A stretch of DNA of 64,000 nucleotides. It comes from Eukaryota sp. GEM-RC1. Taxonomy: Eukaryota. The stretch lies in assembly GCA_040285855.1 (NCBI GenBank), contig JAUFOQ010000018.1, positions 310,001-374,000 on the forward strand. Direction: 5' to 3'. The notes below the pieces were generated by a model. That model ran no database searches, was not told the DNA's origin, and worked only from the letters and a program-made list of their open reading frames with translations. This document shows, piece by piece, positions 51,392-63,021 of this stretch (position 1 is the first letter of the stretch; every line of letters starts with the position of its first letter). The position numbers and the translations under genes were made by a program.

Positions 51392-53474
51392 CTACGTAGA
51401 AGTTACAATGTATCTATAATACAATGTTTTGGTAAACACAAAAAGTAAATAAATATTGGTAACACATTCAAATAGCTTAACCATGGAAACAATAATTGTG
51501 AACGCCATTTGGAACATTTTAACTAAAAATCTCGTTGTGGATTTGATAATTTTAGTCATAAATTCCAGTATGCACTTACTTAAATCAAACAGAAATTTTG
51601 TTACACATTTAGAAAATTTGACCAAAAATTCCAGTATGGACTTACTCAACTCAAACAAAAATTCTGGTGAAGATTTAATAATTTTAACCGAATATTTCAT
51701 CAACGACTTAGCGAACTTAATCAAAAATTCCGGTGAAGATTTAATAATTTTAACCGAATATTTCATCAACGACTTAGCGAATTTAATCAAAAATTCCGGT
51801 GAAGATTTAATGATTTTAACCGAATATTTCATCAACGACTTAGCGAATTTAATCAAAAATTCCGGTGAAGATTTAATGATTTTAACAATATATTCTGGTG
51901 AAGATTTGAACTTTTCAAGAACAAATTGAGAAGTCTTACGACTAGTATTACGAAGTAAATTTTTAAATTTAATAAAAATTATGGATTTTGGAAACCAGAA
52001 AATTCGTCACACAATGGAACATTGAAACCAAAAATTTCAAAATATACCCACCACCTAAAAGCCGTAAACATTTCAATCCAACGGTACCAGTTTTTTTAAG
52101 ATATTGGTGGATTGTTTCACCGTGTTGGTCTTTAAATTCCAAATATTTAAATTTTAGAGCACGACAGAATCTGCTTACCCAAACTCGAATGAAAACAATA
52201 AATCTTAGAACATAATAGTACAACTTTTTCAAGAAATTCAACAAGTTTCTACCTAATCGTACATAATCCACTTCCATTAGTTTCGTTTTTGCACGCAGAA
52301 GGACATACGAAAGTTTGGAACGATGAAAAACAAATAGAGAAAACTTGGACAAATATACCGACATCAACAAAATGAATTGAAAAGTAGTTAAAAAAGAATT
52401 TGCACCAACAGTTGTAATTCTTGATTTAACTCTTTTGCAGTGGAAATCTTCTTTTCTATCCAACTTCCCTTAGATTCAGCATGACGTGATCGTGATTGGT
52501 TCTGATTGCCGGTCTGTAAACTCTCTAATACTTCTAAAACCTCTCCAAGAGACGGTCTGTCACGTGGATTAACTTTGCAGCAATCACATATGATTGATTG
52601 AAGAGCAATTGGAACATTATCAGGGAAAGCAGTACCAGAACCAAACAATTTTTGATGTAAAACAGCGGCAACCGTCATATTTTCGAAAGCAATTTTGTTA
52701 CATAGAATTTCGTACAAAAGAATTCCAATACTATATACATCGCTTGGAAAATCAACAATGTTGTCAAAAACTTCAGGGGCTGAGTATTTGGAAGTCAAAA
52801 GATGAAGAGAAGATTGTGTAGTGTTGAACGAGATAGTTTTTGAAGTACCAAAGTCAGCAATTTTAATGTTTCCGTTTAACAAGAGGGAAGTTCGAGGGCT
52901 TGATATCCATGTGAACGATGTTCTTGGAGTGAAGAAACATAACAGCTTTGACAATGTTCATAGCTCTTTTTAGAGTGGTGTTGTTGAGAGAAGAGGGGGA
53001 GGGAAGAGTATCATCAGCAAGTTCCATAACAATGCCAACATGTCTATCCATCGTCACTGTTCCAAAGACTCGTAGAACAAGTGGATGATTGAGTTGCATC
53101 ATTATGGATACTTCTCGATCGATTTTGCGTGAGCCTTCCGATGTGAGAGTAACAACCTTCACTGCAACATCGGAGTTGTTCCATAAGGCACGATACACTT
53201 TACTACAGTCATTTTCCCAAACAGGTGAAGAATTCAAGTCGATTGCTAGTTCATCAAGAGAGATTGTATGAATTGAGTCTTTGTTTGAAAGCGATACGAT
53301 ACGACTTAGAAGTAGATGATTACGTTGAGGATCGGACAATGTTGGGGAAAGACAGAGAGGACATTCTTGTAGTTGAATCATACAACGTGAGCATACATTG
53401 TGGACATTCGAACAAATGACATAGGGTATAGCATCAGATGCGTTAAACTTAGTAAGACAAACGCAGCAATTCAT
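51392..53474 (-). pseudogene. K1: RING (C3HC4)-TKL-like kinase with hydrophobic/amphipathic repeat tail; several frame breaks
   Basis: CCVC..C..H..C..C..CPLC; VAVK; HMDIKPSN; DFG; APE. Breaks at ~52887, ~52390 and ~51975. Pseudogene or assembly errors. Confidence 0.75.
51656..51887 (-). repeat. 66-bp coding tandem repeat x3.5 (IKFAKSLMKYSVKIIKSSPEFL)
   Basis: Units start at 51656, 51722, 51788 and 51854. Confidence 0.92.
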
Positions 53475-53809
53475 GGAGAAATTGAAGTACTGTATCCTTG
53501 TGAAAGAATTGAATTTTTGATTGAAACTTTAAATAAGAAAAAGTAGTTTTCACAAACGTTCTGATATATTATGTTGTTGCTAATAAACTTGTTATATATC
53601 CCAAAATAGTTCTTACAATGGAAAAAAGTATTTGTTTAATTACAGTAAGTCAAATCGAGTATAACCTTTGTAAGTAGAATCAGACATTGAATTATCTGAG
53701 TTGAGTCCCATCAAGTACACCTGTAGAAGTAATATAAGAGTCTATCCCATTCAACTTTGGTTAAGTGGTGTTCAGTCAGACTTACGAACATAACAGGATG
53801 CCAAGAATC

Positions 53810-54025
53810 GGAATTCAGATCAAGAACGTTTTGGTTATGATCAAGAATTTTAAAAATCGTGACCAATTATTACCATACACATTCTTCGTATTTTTTTGAC
53901 TATTTTTAGAACAAGTACCCTAATCATCTCCGAGGATTACTTGTTGAGAGTACATTTTTGAGAACAATGTCGTTATAAGATTTGAGAGTGACTGGTGTTG
54001 TTTTAATGATATCAAATTTTAGTTT
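53810..54025 (+). mobile_element. Decayed CRE 3' fragment in the spacer between the inverted kinase genes
   Basis: Ends GGTGTTGTTTTAATGATATCAAATTTTAG, like 39232-39260. Confidence 0.65.
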
Positions 54026-54379
54026 TAAAAGTATACCGCATATTTACAGTAACTGCAAAATCCACATAAAAACAATAAGTTTAAACAAAAGCCACCCATT
54101 TTAGTTTTCATTTCTTTGGCTTCAAAAATTACCTTCTTCTAGTGTTCTTCTTAATGATAATTGGTTTCAATCTTAATAAACTCAAGTCAAATGAAAGAAT
54201 GTAGGTCATGCTAAAATTGATGTAAATAATGAATGTTTATTCATTCCCCAAAACTACATACATTGTAACAAGTTTATTAGCAACAACATAATATATCAGA
54301 ACGTTTGTGAAAACTACTTTTTCTTATTTAACATTCAATCAAAAATTCAATTCTTTCACAAGGATACTTCAATTTCTCC

Positions 54380-55528
54380 ATGAATTGCTGCGTTTGTCTT
54401 ACTAAGTTTAACGCAACTGATGCTATACCCTATGTCATTTGTTCGAATGTCCACAATGTATGCTCACGTTGTATGATTCAACTACAAGAATGTCCTCTCT
54501 GTCTTTCCCCAACATTGTCCGATCCTCAACGTAATCATCTACTTCTAAGCCGTATCGTATCGCTTTCAAACAAAGACTCAATTCATACAATCTCTCTTGA
54601 TGAACTAGCAATCGACATGTATTCTTCTTTTGTTTGGGAAAATGACTGTAGTAAAGTGTATCGTGCCTTATGGAACAACTCTGATGTTGCAGTGAAGGTT
54701 GTTACTCTCACATCGGAAGGCTCACGCAAAATCGATCGAGAAGTATCCATAATGATGCAACTCAATCATCCACTTGTTGTACGAGTCTTTGGAACAATGA
54801 CGATGGATAGACATGTTGGCATCGTCATGGAACTTGCTGACGATACTCTTCCCTCCCCCTCTTCTCTCAACAATACCACTCTAAAAAGAGCTATGGACAT
54901 TGTCAAAGCTGTTATGTTTCTTCACTCCAAGAACATCGTTCACATGGATATCAAGCCCTCGAACATCCTCTTGTTAAACGGAAACATTAAAATTGCTGAC
55001 TTTGGTACTTCAAAAACCATCTCATCCAACACTACACGATCTTCTCTTCATCTTTTGACTTCCAAATACTCAGCTCCTGAAGTTTTTGATAACATTGTTG
55101 ATTTTCCAAGCGATGTTTATAGTATTGGAATTCTCTTGTACGAAATTCTATGTAACAAAGTTGCTTTCGAAAATATGACGGTTGCCGCTGTTTTACATCA
55201 AAAATTGTTTGGTTATGGTACTGCTTTCCCTGTTAATGTTCCAATTCCTCTACAATCAATCATTAGTGATTGCTGCAAAGTTGATCCACGTGACAGACCG
55301 TCTCTTGGAGAGGTTTTAGAAGTATTAGAGAGTTTACAACTTGAAGTTGCTGAAAATGAATTAGAAGAAGAAGATGATGTTGTTGACGGTCAGAACCAAT
55401 CAAGATCACATCATGCTGATTCTGAGGAAATTAATCAAGCAGGGAGTATTTCCAAGAGAATTTCCACTGCAAAAGAATTCAAACAAGAATTACGGATCTT
55501 GGTACAAAATCTATGGAAACTACTTTAA
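54380..55528 (+). CDS. K2: RING (C3HC4)-TKL-like protein kinase, 382 aa
   Basis: Intact ORF with RING, VAVK, HMDIKPSN, DFG, APE and DVYSIG. The Gly-rich loop is replaced by WENDCS. Confidence 0.9.
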   Translation: MNCCVCLTKFNATDAIPYVICSNVHNVCSRCMIQLQECPLCLSPTLSDPQRNHLLLSRIVSLSNKDSIHTISLDELAIDMYSSFVWENDCSKVYRALWNNSDVAVKVVTLTSEGSRKIDREVSIMMQLNHPLVVRVFGTMTMDRHVGIVMELADDTLPSPSSLNNTTLKRAMDIVKAVMFLHSKNIVHMDIKPSNILLLNGNIKIADFGTSKTISSNTTRSSLHLLTSKYSAPEVFDNIVDFPSDVYSIGILLYEILCNKVAFENMTVAAVLHQKLFGYGTAFPVNVPIPLQSIISDCCKVDPRDRPSLGEVLEVLESLQLEVAENELEEEDDVVDGQNQSRSHHADSEEINQAGSISKRISTAKEFKQELRILVQNLWKLL

Positions 55529-56391
55529 AATTCATTTTGATCTTGATGTTCTATTTGTCCAAATTTTTTCTATTTGTTTGTCATCGTTCCAAACTTTCGT
55601 ATGTAATTCTGCGTGCAAAAACGAAACTAATGGAAGTGGATTATGTACGATTAGGTAGAAACTTGTTGAATTTCTTGAAAAAGTTGTACTATCAGGTTCT
55701 AAGATTTATTGTTTTCATTCGAGTTTGGGTAAGCAGGTTCTGTCGTGCTCTAAAAATTAAATATTTGGAATTTAAAGACCAACACGGTGAAACAATCCAT
55801 GAGTATCTTAAAAAAACTGGTGAGTTTGGATTGACTTGTTTACGGCTTTTAGGGAAACTTTCCATCATTATTATCACGTCACCTGTATTTTTGTTCCGTT
55901 TAGTGATTAATTTAATCTCAAATTCCGAGTGGTTTGCCAACGTCAAGGAAATACTTTCTGATACTATTCGAAAGACTTCGCCTGTTGTTTCTGAGATATT
56001 TAAATCTGTACTAGAATTTCTTTGTGACACACTTGGGTCTGTATTGGAATTTACAGGGGAAAAATGTAGCGATTTATGGGAATTTCTAGGTGACACACTT
56101 GAGTCTGTATTGGAATTTACAGGGGAAAAATGTAGCGATTTATGGGAATTTCTTTGTGACACACTTGAGTCTGTATTGGAATTTACAGGGGAAAAAATTG
56201 AAACCGTGGCGAAATTTTCAGTCAAAAATTTCACAATTATCATGAAGTATTCAATTAAATATTTCAAAATTGTGAGGATATATTCAGTTAAGAAGTTCAA
56301 GATTACACTTCTTGCAGGAAGGCTTTTGTTGGTTCTATACGGATTTATCGCATTGTTCATTCGCTGTATATCAGCAATTCGAAGTATATAA
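55513..56391 (+). CDS. K2 tail ORF: hydrophobic/amphipathic protein with 22-aa repeats (overlaps the kinase in the -1 frame)
   Basis: 292-aa ORF homologous to the K1 tail and to the in-frame C-terminus of K3. Confidence 0.7.
   Translation: METTLKFILILMFYLSKFFLFVCHRSKLSYVILRAKTKLMEVDYVRLGRNLLNFLKKLYYQVLRFIVFIRVWVSRFCRALKIKYLEFKDQHGETIHEYLKKTGEFGLTCLRLLGKLSIIIITSPVFLFRLVINLISNSEWFANVKEILSDTIRKTSPVVSEIFKSVLEFLCDTLGSVLEFTGEKCSDLWEFLGDTLESVLEFTGEKCSDLWEFLCDTLESVLEFTGEKIETVAKFSVKNFTIIMKYSIKYFKIVRIYSVKKFKITLLAGRLLLVLYGFIALFIRCISAIRSI
56014..56196 (+). repeat. 66-bp coding tandem repeat x~2.8 (EFLCDTLESVLEFTGEKCSDLW)
   Basis: Units start at 56014, 56080 and 56146. Confidence 0.92.
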
Positions 56392-56639
56392 CGTCTATCT
56401 TTCTAATCAAGGACTATAATTAATGCCAAATCCTTGGGTTTTTTTAAACTACTTCTTATATATGACCATTTCCAAGTAAGTAACTACTACTGATGACGTC
56501 ATCACAATTAAAGCCAATGCCACAATGCACTGTAGAAAATTTTGACCTTGGCTTTACGTCAAAGTATACTGGATGAGGTAATATACAACTCAATTTCAAA
56601 AACCTTCATAGCAGTATCAATAGTGTAAACTAAATTTAT

Positions 56640-56905
56640 TTATGGTTATTTTTTCAAAATTGTATTCCAACCCTTTGCTAGTTCTATGTATGTCAACTGC
56701 GGTTCGCACACCCAGGGTTTTTTGATTAGTTTTGAAAAATTGTGTCTAGATTTTGGGAAAAAAATTAACAGATCTTTTTGGTGGAATAGACTTGCGTTCT
56801 CATTATTCAGGTCGATAAACCACTCTTTTGATGGGATTTTGGCCAAGTTATATGGGAATAACTATTCAGTAGATTTGGGGAGCACTTGTAGTACTTTTAT
56901 TTAGT
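56640..56905 (+). mobile_element. CRE 3' fragment
   Basis: FQPFASSMY...WWNRLAFSLFR resembles the C-terminus of 4933..5367. Confidence 0.65.
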
Positions 56906-56944
56906 TTGAGTTTTTGTTATTGTTTTAGATGTGGTTTTTTACCC

Positions 56945-57666
56945 TAGTTGCGAATCACAAATTTTTGTGAGGTGATTTGGTGAGGTGATTGGTGTGATTC
57001 ACAACATCACAAAGGCATTCATTTGTGATGTGAAATAAATTGTGATTGTTGTGACGTGTAATTTTTTAGATTTTACATTACCTTGTGTTTATTACTATCA
57101 TAAACAATGTTAAATTCCAGAATTCGGTTGAAGAAGCAATTATTGTGTGTGTTTTTTTAATAATAATGTCTTAATATTCCCCATCTATCTTAGACTCCGT
57201 GGAAGAACATAACTAGCTTACATCCGCAAACTTCCTTGAGGAACTGCCTTTGGGATACGATTGGAGAGTCACGAATTCTGATAGCCCATCTGGAAAGTGA
57301 CCAAAGTGAAGCACTTTGATTTTATTACTCAAAGGTCGGATTTGAAATATTATCGGACATCACTACCAAAAACTCCAAAGTTCTTCCACAGCGTGAAGTT
57401 AACCGTAAGAACAAGACGCTTACTTCAGTTGTTACATTTCATTAACTTTCCAATTAATTTTCAATTTCATAGTTTGTAGAAAGGTTACCTTATTGGGTGC
57501 CGAATAAACATCTCTCACTTTCCAGAATAAATTTTGTTCAATCATTGTGATGTTGTGATGTAAAATAACAAAAATCACGAAAATATTGCCTGTGATGTGA
57601 TGATGTTTTGATGTGATTATTGTGACTAACAAAATCACAAAGTAAGATTGTTGTGATTCGCAACTA
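56945..57666. mobile_element. hAT-like non-autonomous element (722 bp)
   Basis: Perfect 16-bp TIR TAGTTGCGAATCACAA and GTGAT/ATCAC subterminal repeats. TSD not clean. Confidence 0.72.
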
Positions 57667-58911
57667 TGTTTTTGACCATAAAGCATCTTTTTCTCTCAAG
57701 AATTGTTTAATCTTTCTCGATTTGGGTCTTTAAAGAAGTGTCCAACGCCAATAATTCTTTAACCAATGGAGTTGAACTCTTATAGTTCGCCCAAACTTCT
57801 ACTTTGAAGAATTTAGCGCCCACTATCATACTTTTTTCGAAATACTACATACTAAATGATATCTGAAAGACTCTATTCTCTACCGATATTGGATCAACAA
57901 ATTTTCAAAATGCAACAGAATTTTCGATCATTGATTACAAAAGTATATGAAAGTAACACCAATGGGAAAGATTTATGAAACTATACATAACCAAGAACCA
58001 AACAGTCAAGAGGGTTCAACTTCAAAAGGGATGGACATGAACTGACGACAGAAACTAAAAATATTTAAAATATCTCGTCCATCAAGGATTGTGTGACCAA
58101 AATAGGTCACTACTTTGTTATTATTGTTCCGATAGTGCTTTAAGATTTATTCTTATTGAGATCCACGTGTTGTTTTAAAGCTAGATCATGTAACAACAAA
58201 TACGATAAAATGTCAACTTGAACATTAGAGTAATTGTGACAAACATCAAGATAAAATTAAGATATTTTTGCATTGTGGCTTCATAATGAGCCTGATATTC
58301 TTCATCACATTTAAAATATCAGTGTAATCAATTTATTCCTCATTCCTATCATGTATTTTAGAAAACAAGTGCACCAGCAAATAGTTCTCATGACACAATA
58401 GAAACGAGAGTTATATAGAGTCATGAACTAACACAAAAGCAATTGGTCCACTAACATGTATACAAGTAACTAAACACTTTGAACTTTCTTGATTACGTGA
58501 TGGGTGATAACGTAAACTGAAAATATAGTAGATATAAATGATTCCCTGTCAAATACTTGAAAACAGTGACTTAAAGTGACAAACACTTCGAGAAAAAAAA
58601 TGACTTGAAAAGATATTAACATAAACAGATAGAAATAGTGACAAAAACGTAGTTGGAAAAACAACTGAATAGAAGTAATTTCGGTCATGATCTCAAAACT
58701 AAACGATGAAGAGTAATTCTGATACATTTCTTGAAAGATAGTCAAAAAGACATAAGCATTTATAGAACTCTAGTAACAAATTAAAAAAACATTAAAACAA
58801 GTTAATGTAATTCATTGCCCAGAACAAAAAGTGGTGACAATCTTTCATTTTGGCGGCAATCTCAGATAGTATAAAGACATGAACAACCAGTTCCTAACAC
58901 GCCATCATTCT

Positions 58912-60331
58912 CTAGAATCGGTGAAGAAGTTTTACAGGTTCAATTTCCTTGGGAGTTTTTTCAACTTTTTTAAAATGATGTTTGAAATTGAAATATTTAG
59001 TACCGCAAACACGAAGAAAGCTTTTGAAACATGCAGAAAACCAACAAATCATTCTAAAACAAGAGCAGCCAAATTTCCGCAAGATTTTTAAAATCTGGAA
59101 AGCGAATCGTCGATAATTCGCTCCAAGAATTTGAGATCCAACATACGAAACAAATTTAGAATTGATGAGCCATTTGGAAACACAGACAGAAAACTTGTAA
59201 AAATACAGAATGGTATAAAAAATCAATTTTAAAGTAATTAAAATAGATTTTAAAATAGATTTTACACCAAAAGCTGCAACACGTGTTTTACTTGAGGTAT
59301 ATAAGATTTTCTTATCTAGACGCTTTCCCTTAGAATCAGGATGACGTGATCTTGATTGATTCCGATTGCCAGTCTGTAAACTCTCTAATGCTTCTAAAAC
59401 CTCTCCAAGAGACGGTCTGTCACGTGGATTAACTTTGCAGCAATCACTGATGATTGATTGAAGAATAATTGGAACATTATCAGGGAAATCTGGACAAAAA
59501 CCAAACAATTTTTGATGTAAAACAGCGGCAACCGTCATATTTTCGAAAGCAACTTTGTTACACAGAATTTCGTACAAAAGAATTCCAATACTATAAACAT
59601 CGCTTGGAAAATCAACAATGTTATCAAAAACTTCAGGAGCTGAGTATTTGGGAGTCAAAAGATGAAGACAAGATCGTGTAGTGTTGGACGAGATGGTTTT
59701 TGAAGTACCAAAGTCAGCAATTTTAATGTTTCCGTTTAACAAGAGGATGTTCGAAGGCTTAATATCCATATGAACGATGTTCTTGGAGTGAAGAAACATA
59801 ACAGCTTTGACAATGTCCATAGCTCTTTTTAGAGTGGTATTGTTGAGAGAAGAAGGGGGAGGGAAGAGTATCGTCAGCGAGTTCCATAACAATGCCAACA
59901 TGTCTATCCATCGTTACTGTTCCAAAGACTCGTAGAACAAGTGGATGATTGAGTTGCATCATTATGGATACTTCTCGATCGATTTTGCGTGAGCCTTCCG
60001 ATGTAAGAGTAACAACCTTCACTGCAACATCAGAGTTGTTCCATAAGGCACGATGAACTTTTCCACAACCTCCCTCGCCGATGGGAGAAGAACTCAGGTC
60101 AATTGTTAAATCATCAAGAGAGATCGTAGGAACAGAGTTTTTTGAAAGTGACTCCATAAGATTTAGAAGTTCATGATTACGTTTAGGACTAGAGAACACT
60201 GAAGATCTACAGAGAGGACAATCTTGAAGGTGATTCATACAGCATGAGCATACGGTATGAGCATTCGAACAAATGACATAAGGTATGTTAGTAGAGGCAT
60301 TAAACTGGGTAAGACAAACGCAACAATCCAT
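58912..60331 (-). CDS. K3: RING-TKL-like kinase fused in frame to a hydrophobic tail (one extra base at ~59853)
   Basis: RING, intact GEGGCG loop, VAVK, HMDIKPSN, DFG and APE, followed by a hydrophobic segment. Confidence 0.8.
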
Positions 60332-60886
60332 GATAACGAATGATTGCTTGTTTAGAACTTATGAATTGAAGAATTAATTTTTTGCATCTTTTGACCACTA
60401 GCAGCTTCTTGAAGTTGTATTACCTTCTCTCTTGACATTAAGATCATTTGGCAAATTGTATAGCCATAACATGGTGTCTGAAATCAAAACTAATTCATCA
60501 CGGAAAAGCCAACACGGTTCAACATTCAGTCAAAGTATTTATATGTACTTTGTACTACATAAATCGTTAGTAATAGTGTATTTTGGGGATACCAAGCAAG
60601 ACTCTTTTTTTGGAAGATTAACTTGATACTGTTACTGAATTCAGATTTTTCCACTCATTGTTCCTTAAAATGATAGTTGAAGATGATACTAACACAACAC
60701 AAAGTTTAGTTTCTTCAAAGATAGTCTCTGGTTATGTTTGTCTATGTGAATGACTAGAGTTCTATATTTAAGTTAACAGCTAATTCCCTTACGTTCGTCT
60801 ACAAGTTGAATTTTTTAAAAAATGAATTGAAACCCTTCACACTTTTTTCTTGTCTTCAACAGTCACTCAGTTTTTTCATTAACTGA

Positions 60887-63021
60887 ATGTCGTTTGTTCT
60901 AGATACGCACTCAAAACTTATTGGTCTGTTTGTATCCAAGAGCTTCTCCGATACGGTGGTTTCTACTGAAGACCAGGAGTTTCATCTCCATCGAAGTATT
61001 CTTTCCCTCAACTCCATCCGTTTCTCAAAGGCTTTCACAAAACATAAGGACAAAGGGCTTGTCGAACTTGACTTCTCCGATGACGTTGACACTTCCCTTT
61101 CTCAACTGAAGGATTTTTTGCTTTCTTCTACGGACAGCAAGTCGTGCTAACAACTGATACTCTGACAGAAATCGCGTTTCTTGCAAGATTTTTCAAAGTC
61201 CCACACCTCACCACTGCATGTGCAGAGTTTGCTGCCGATTCAACCAAAAACACTTTTCAATTAAACACCCAGGAGATCCTCGCACAGCTTCATTCTGAAC
61301 ATCTCTTCTCAGATTACACCATCACTCTGGGTAACAGCATCTATCCAGTACATAAAGCCATTTTAGGTACAAGCTGCCAGTTCTTTCCCAAGCTATGGGG
61401 TGTTGATCCAGAAACTGTCAACTATGACGTCATCAGCGACCTTTCCCCTTGTCCAGTTACTCTCAAGTCATTCATCTCTTCTCTTTACGGTCACACGCTT
61501 TCTTTGGATCTCACCAATGCCTACGACTTATTCAACCTATCGTCCCTGTACACTTACGACTCTCTACATAACCATGTTGTCTCTCTAATTAAGGACAACC
61601 TCAACTCATCCGAGTGGGTACTTAGTCTAATGGAGAGAGCAGATGCTGACTCTAACAGGAAGCTTATCAAGTTGGTAGAACCTGCTTTTAGAGAGATTTG
61701 TTCAACTAAAACCTTGCAATCGTCAATAATGTTGAAACCTCAGACTCTTCTTAGTTTAACTTCAGTTGACATTATGTGGAGAGTCAAGTCTATGGTAAAG
61801 AGTTTGACTAGCATTACTAGAGGAATTAATTGGTTGAACAATCAAATAGAAGAGATCATCACGTTATTTTATGATGAATGTAGTTCTTTAAAGTCTGCGT
61901 TTGGTATCTTATTTCAACCTTTATTTGATAAGGAATCATTGTCAGACCTTCTTTTTAAATATTCAGTGTTATTTTTCCAGAAATTCGACACTGAATTTCG
62001 TTCTCAGGTTAATCAACAATGGATACGTTGGTGCTTTATTACAGCTGACCAATTACAGAATTCTAATAGTTCTGAATTTTTTCAAATATTCAGAAATTGT
62101 GGAAAAATCACGTTCGAACCTCTTGCAGTCACACCATTTACTTTGATGTCGTTAATTATAGATTCTAAGAATTTAATTGAATGGAGAATTCGATCTCTTG
62201 CCGCATCTTTCTGCTCCACCAGTTCTTCAACTAGTGGAAGAACTAGTGGTAACTGGACATCTACTGATCTTGCACGTGTTTTGGACGGTTTTGTCCCAAA
62301 AGATTTAGATCTAAACTTAATGTATTCAGCTTTGTTAGAAAATCTTATTCACTTGAAAAATTCTGATCTCAATCGAGGCTTGATTGAATTTTCAATCAAA
62401 ATTGTTCAACAACATTCCACTATCTCCCACTTGCCTTTCGAATGGTTTCTATTTTGTTTAGGAAACTCAAAAGATCTTCACGAGTTTGAGTTCTTTGCTA
62501 AGTTAGTACCTGAAGTTGTTTCTAACGGCTACTTTCCTAATTCAACTGCACTCATATTGTTACCCCAGCAGCTTGAATTACTGACAGCTCATGCCACGTG
62601 TCATTCTTCAGTAGTTATTTGGCTGGTTCAGTTGTTTATTGAATCGTGGAAACGTTTCAATGAAGATCAATGGTCAGTGGAGATAATCATGGCAGGATTG
62701 AAATCCTTGAATTATTCCAAAATTTCTGACCAAGAGCTCTTTTCTTGTTTAGTTTCTCCTTTGATTGACGATCCTCTTATTGGAAGTGACATTTGCCGTT
62801 TTGCATCAAGTTTGGTGGTTCAAAGGCAGAATTCTTTTAAGATTGAAAAAGAAAAAGAAGAGGAAATGCACTTGCAAGGGTCAATAAGTCTAATAAATGG
62901 AGGAAAAACTTTTGATTTTGATTCATGGTGGTTTAATGAATTCTTTGACAGTACAAGTACTGTCGACATTACTCATTTAGGACTTGCTGATTACATTATT
63001 CAACAAGTTTCAAGTTTTTGA
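60887..63021 (+). CDS. Tandem BTB/POZ domain protein (-1 frame break at T6 61114-19; may extend beyond 63021)
   Basis: FSDTVV...FHLHRSILSLNS..F and FSDYTI...YPVHKAILGTSC.FF. Repairing the break gives DFFAFFYGQQV, typical of BTB. Confidence 0.82.

Noticed and set aside
51456..51929. Plus-strand repeat ORF (157 aa), and likewise minus-strand 55692..56360
   Set aside because: Antisense shadows of the 66-bp coding repeats in the kinase tails.
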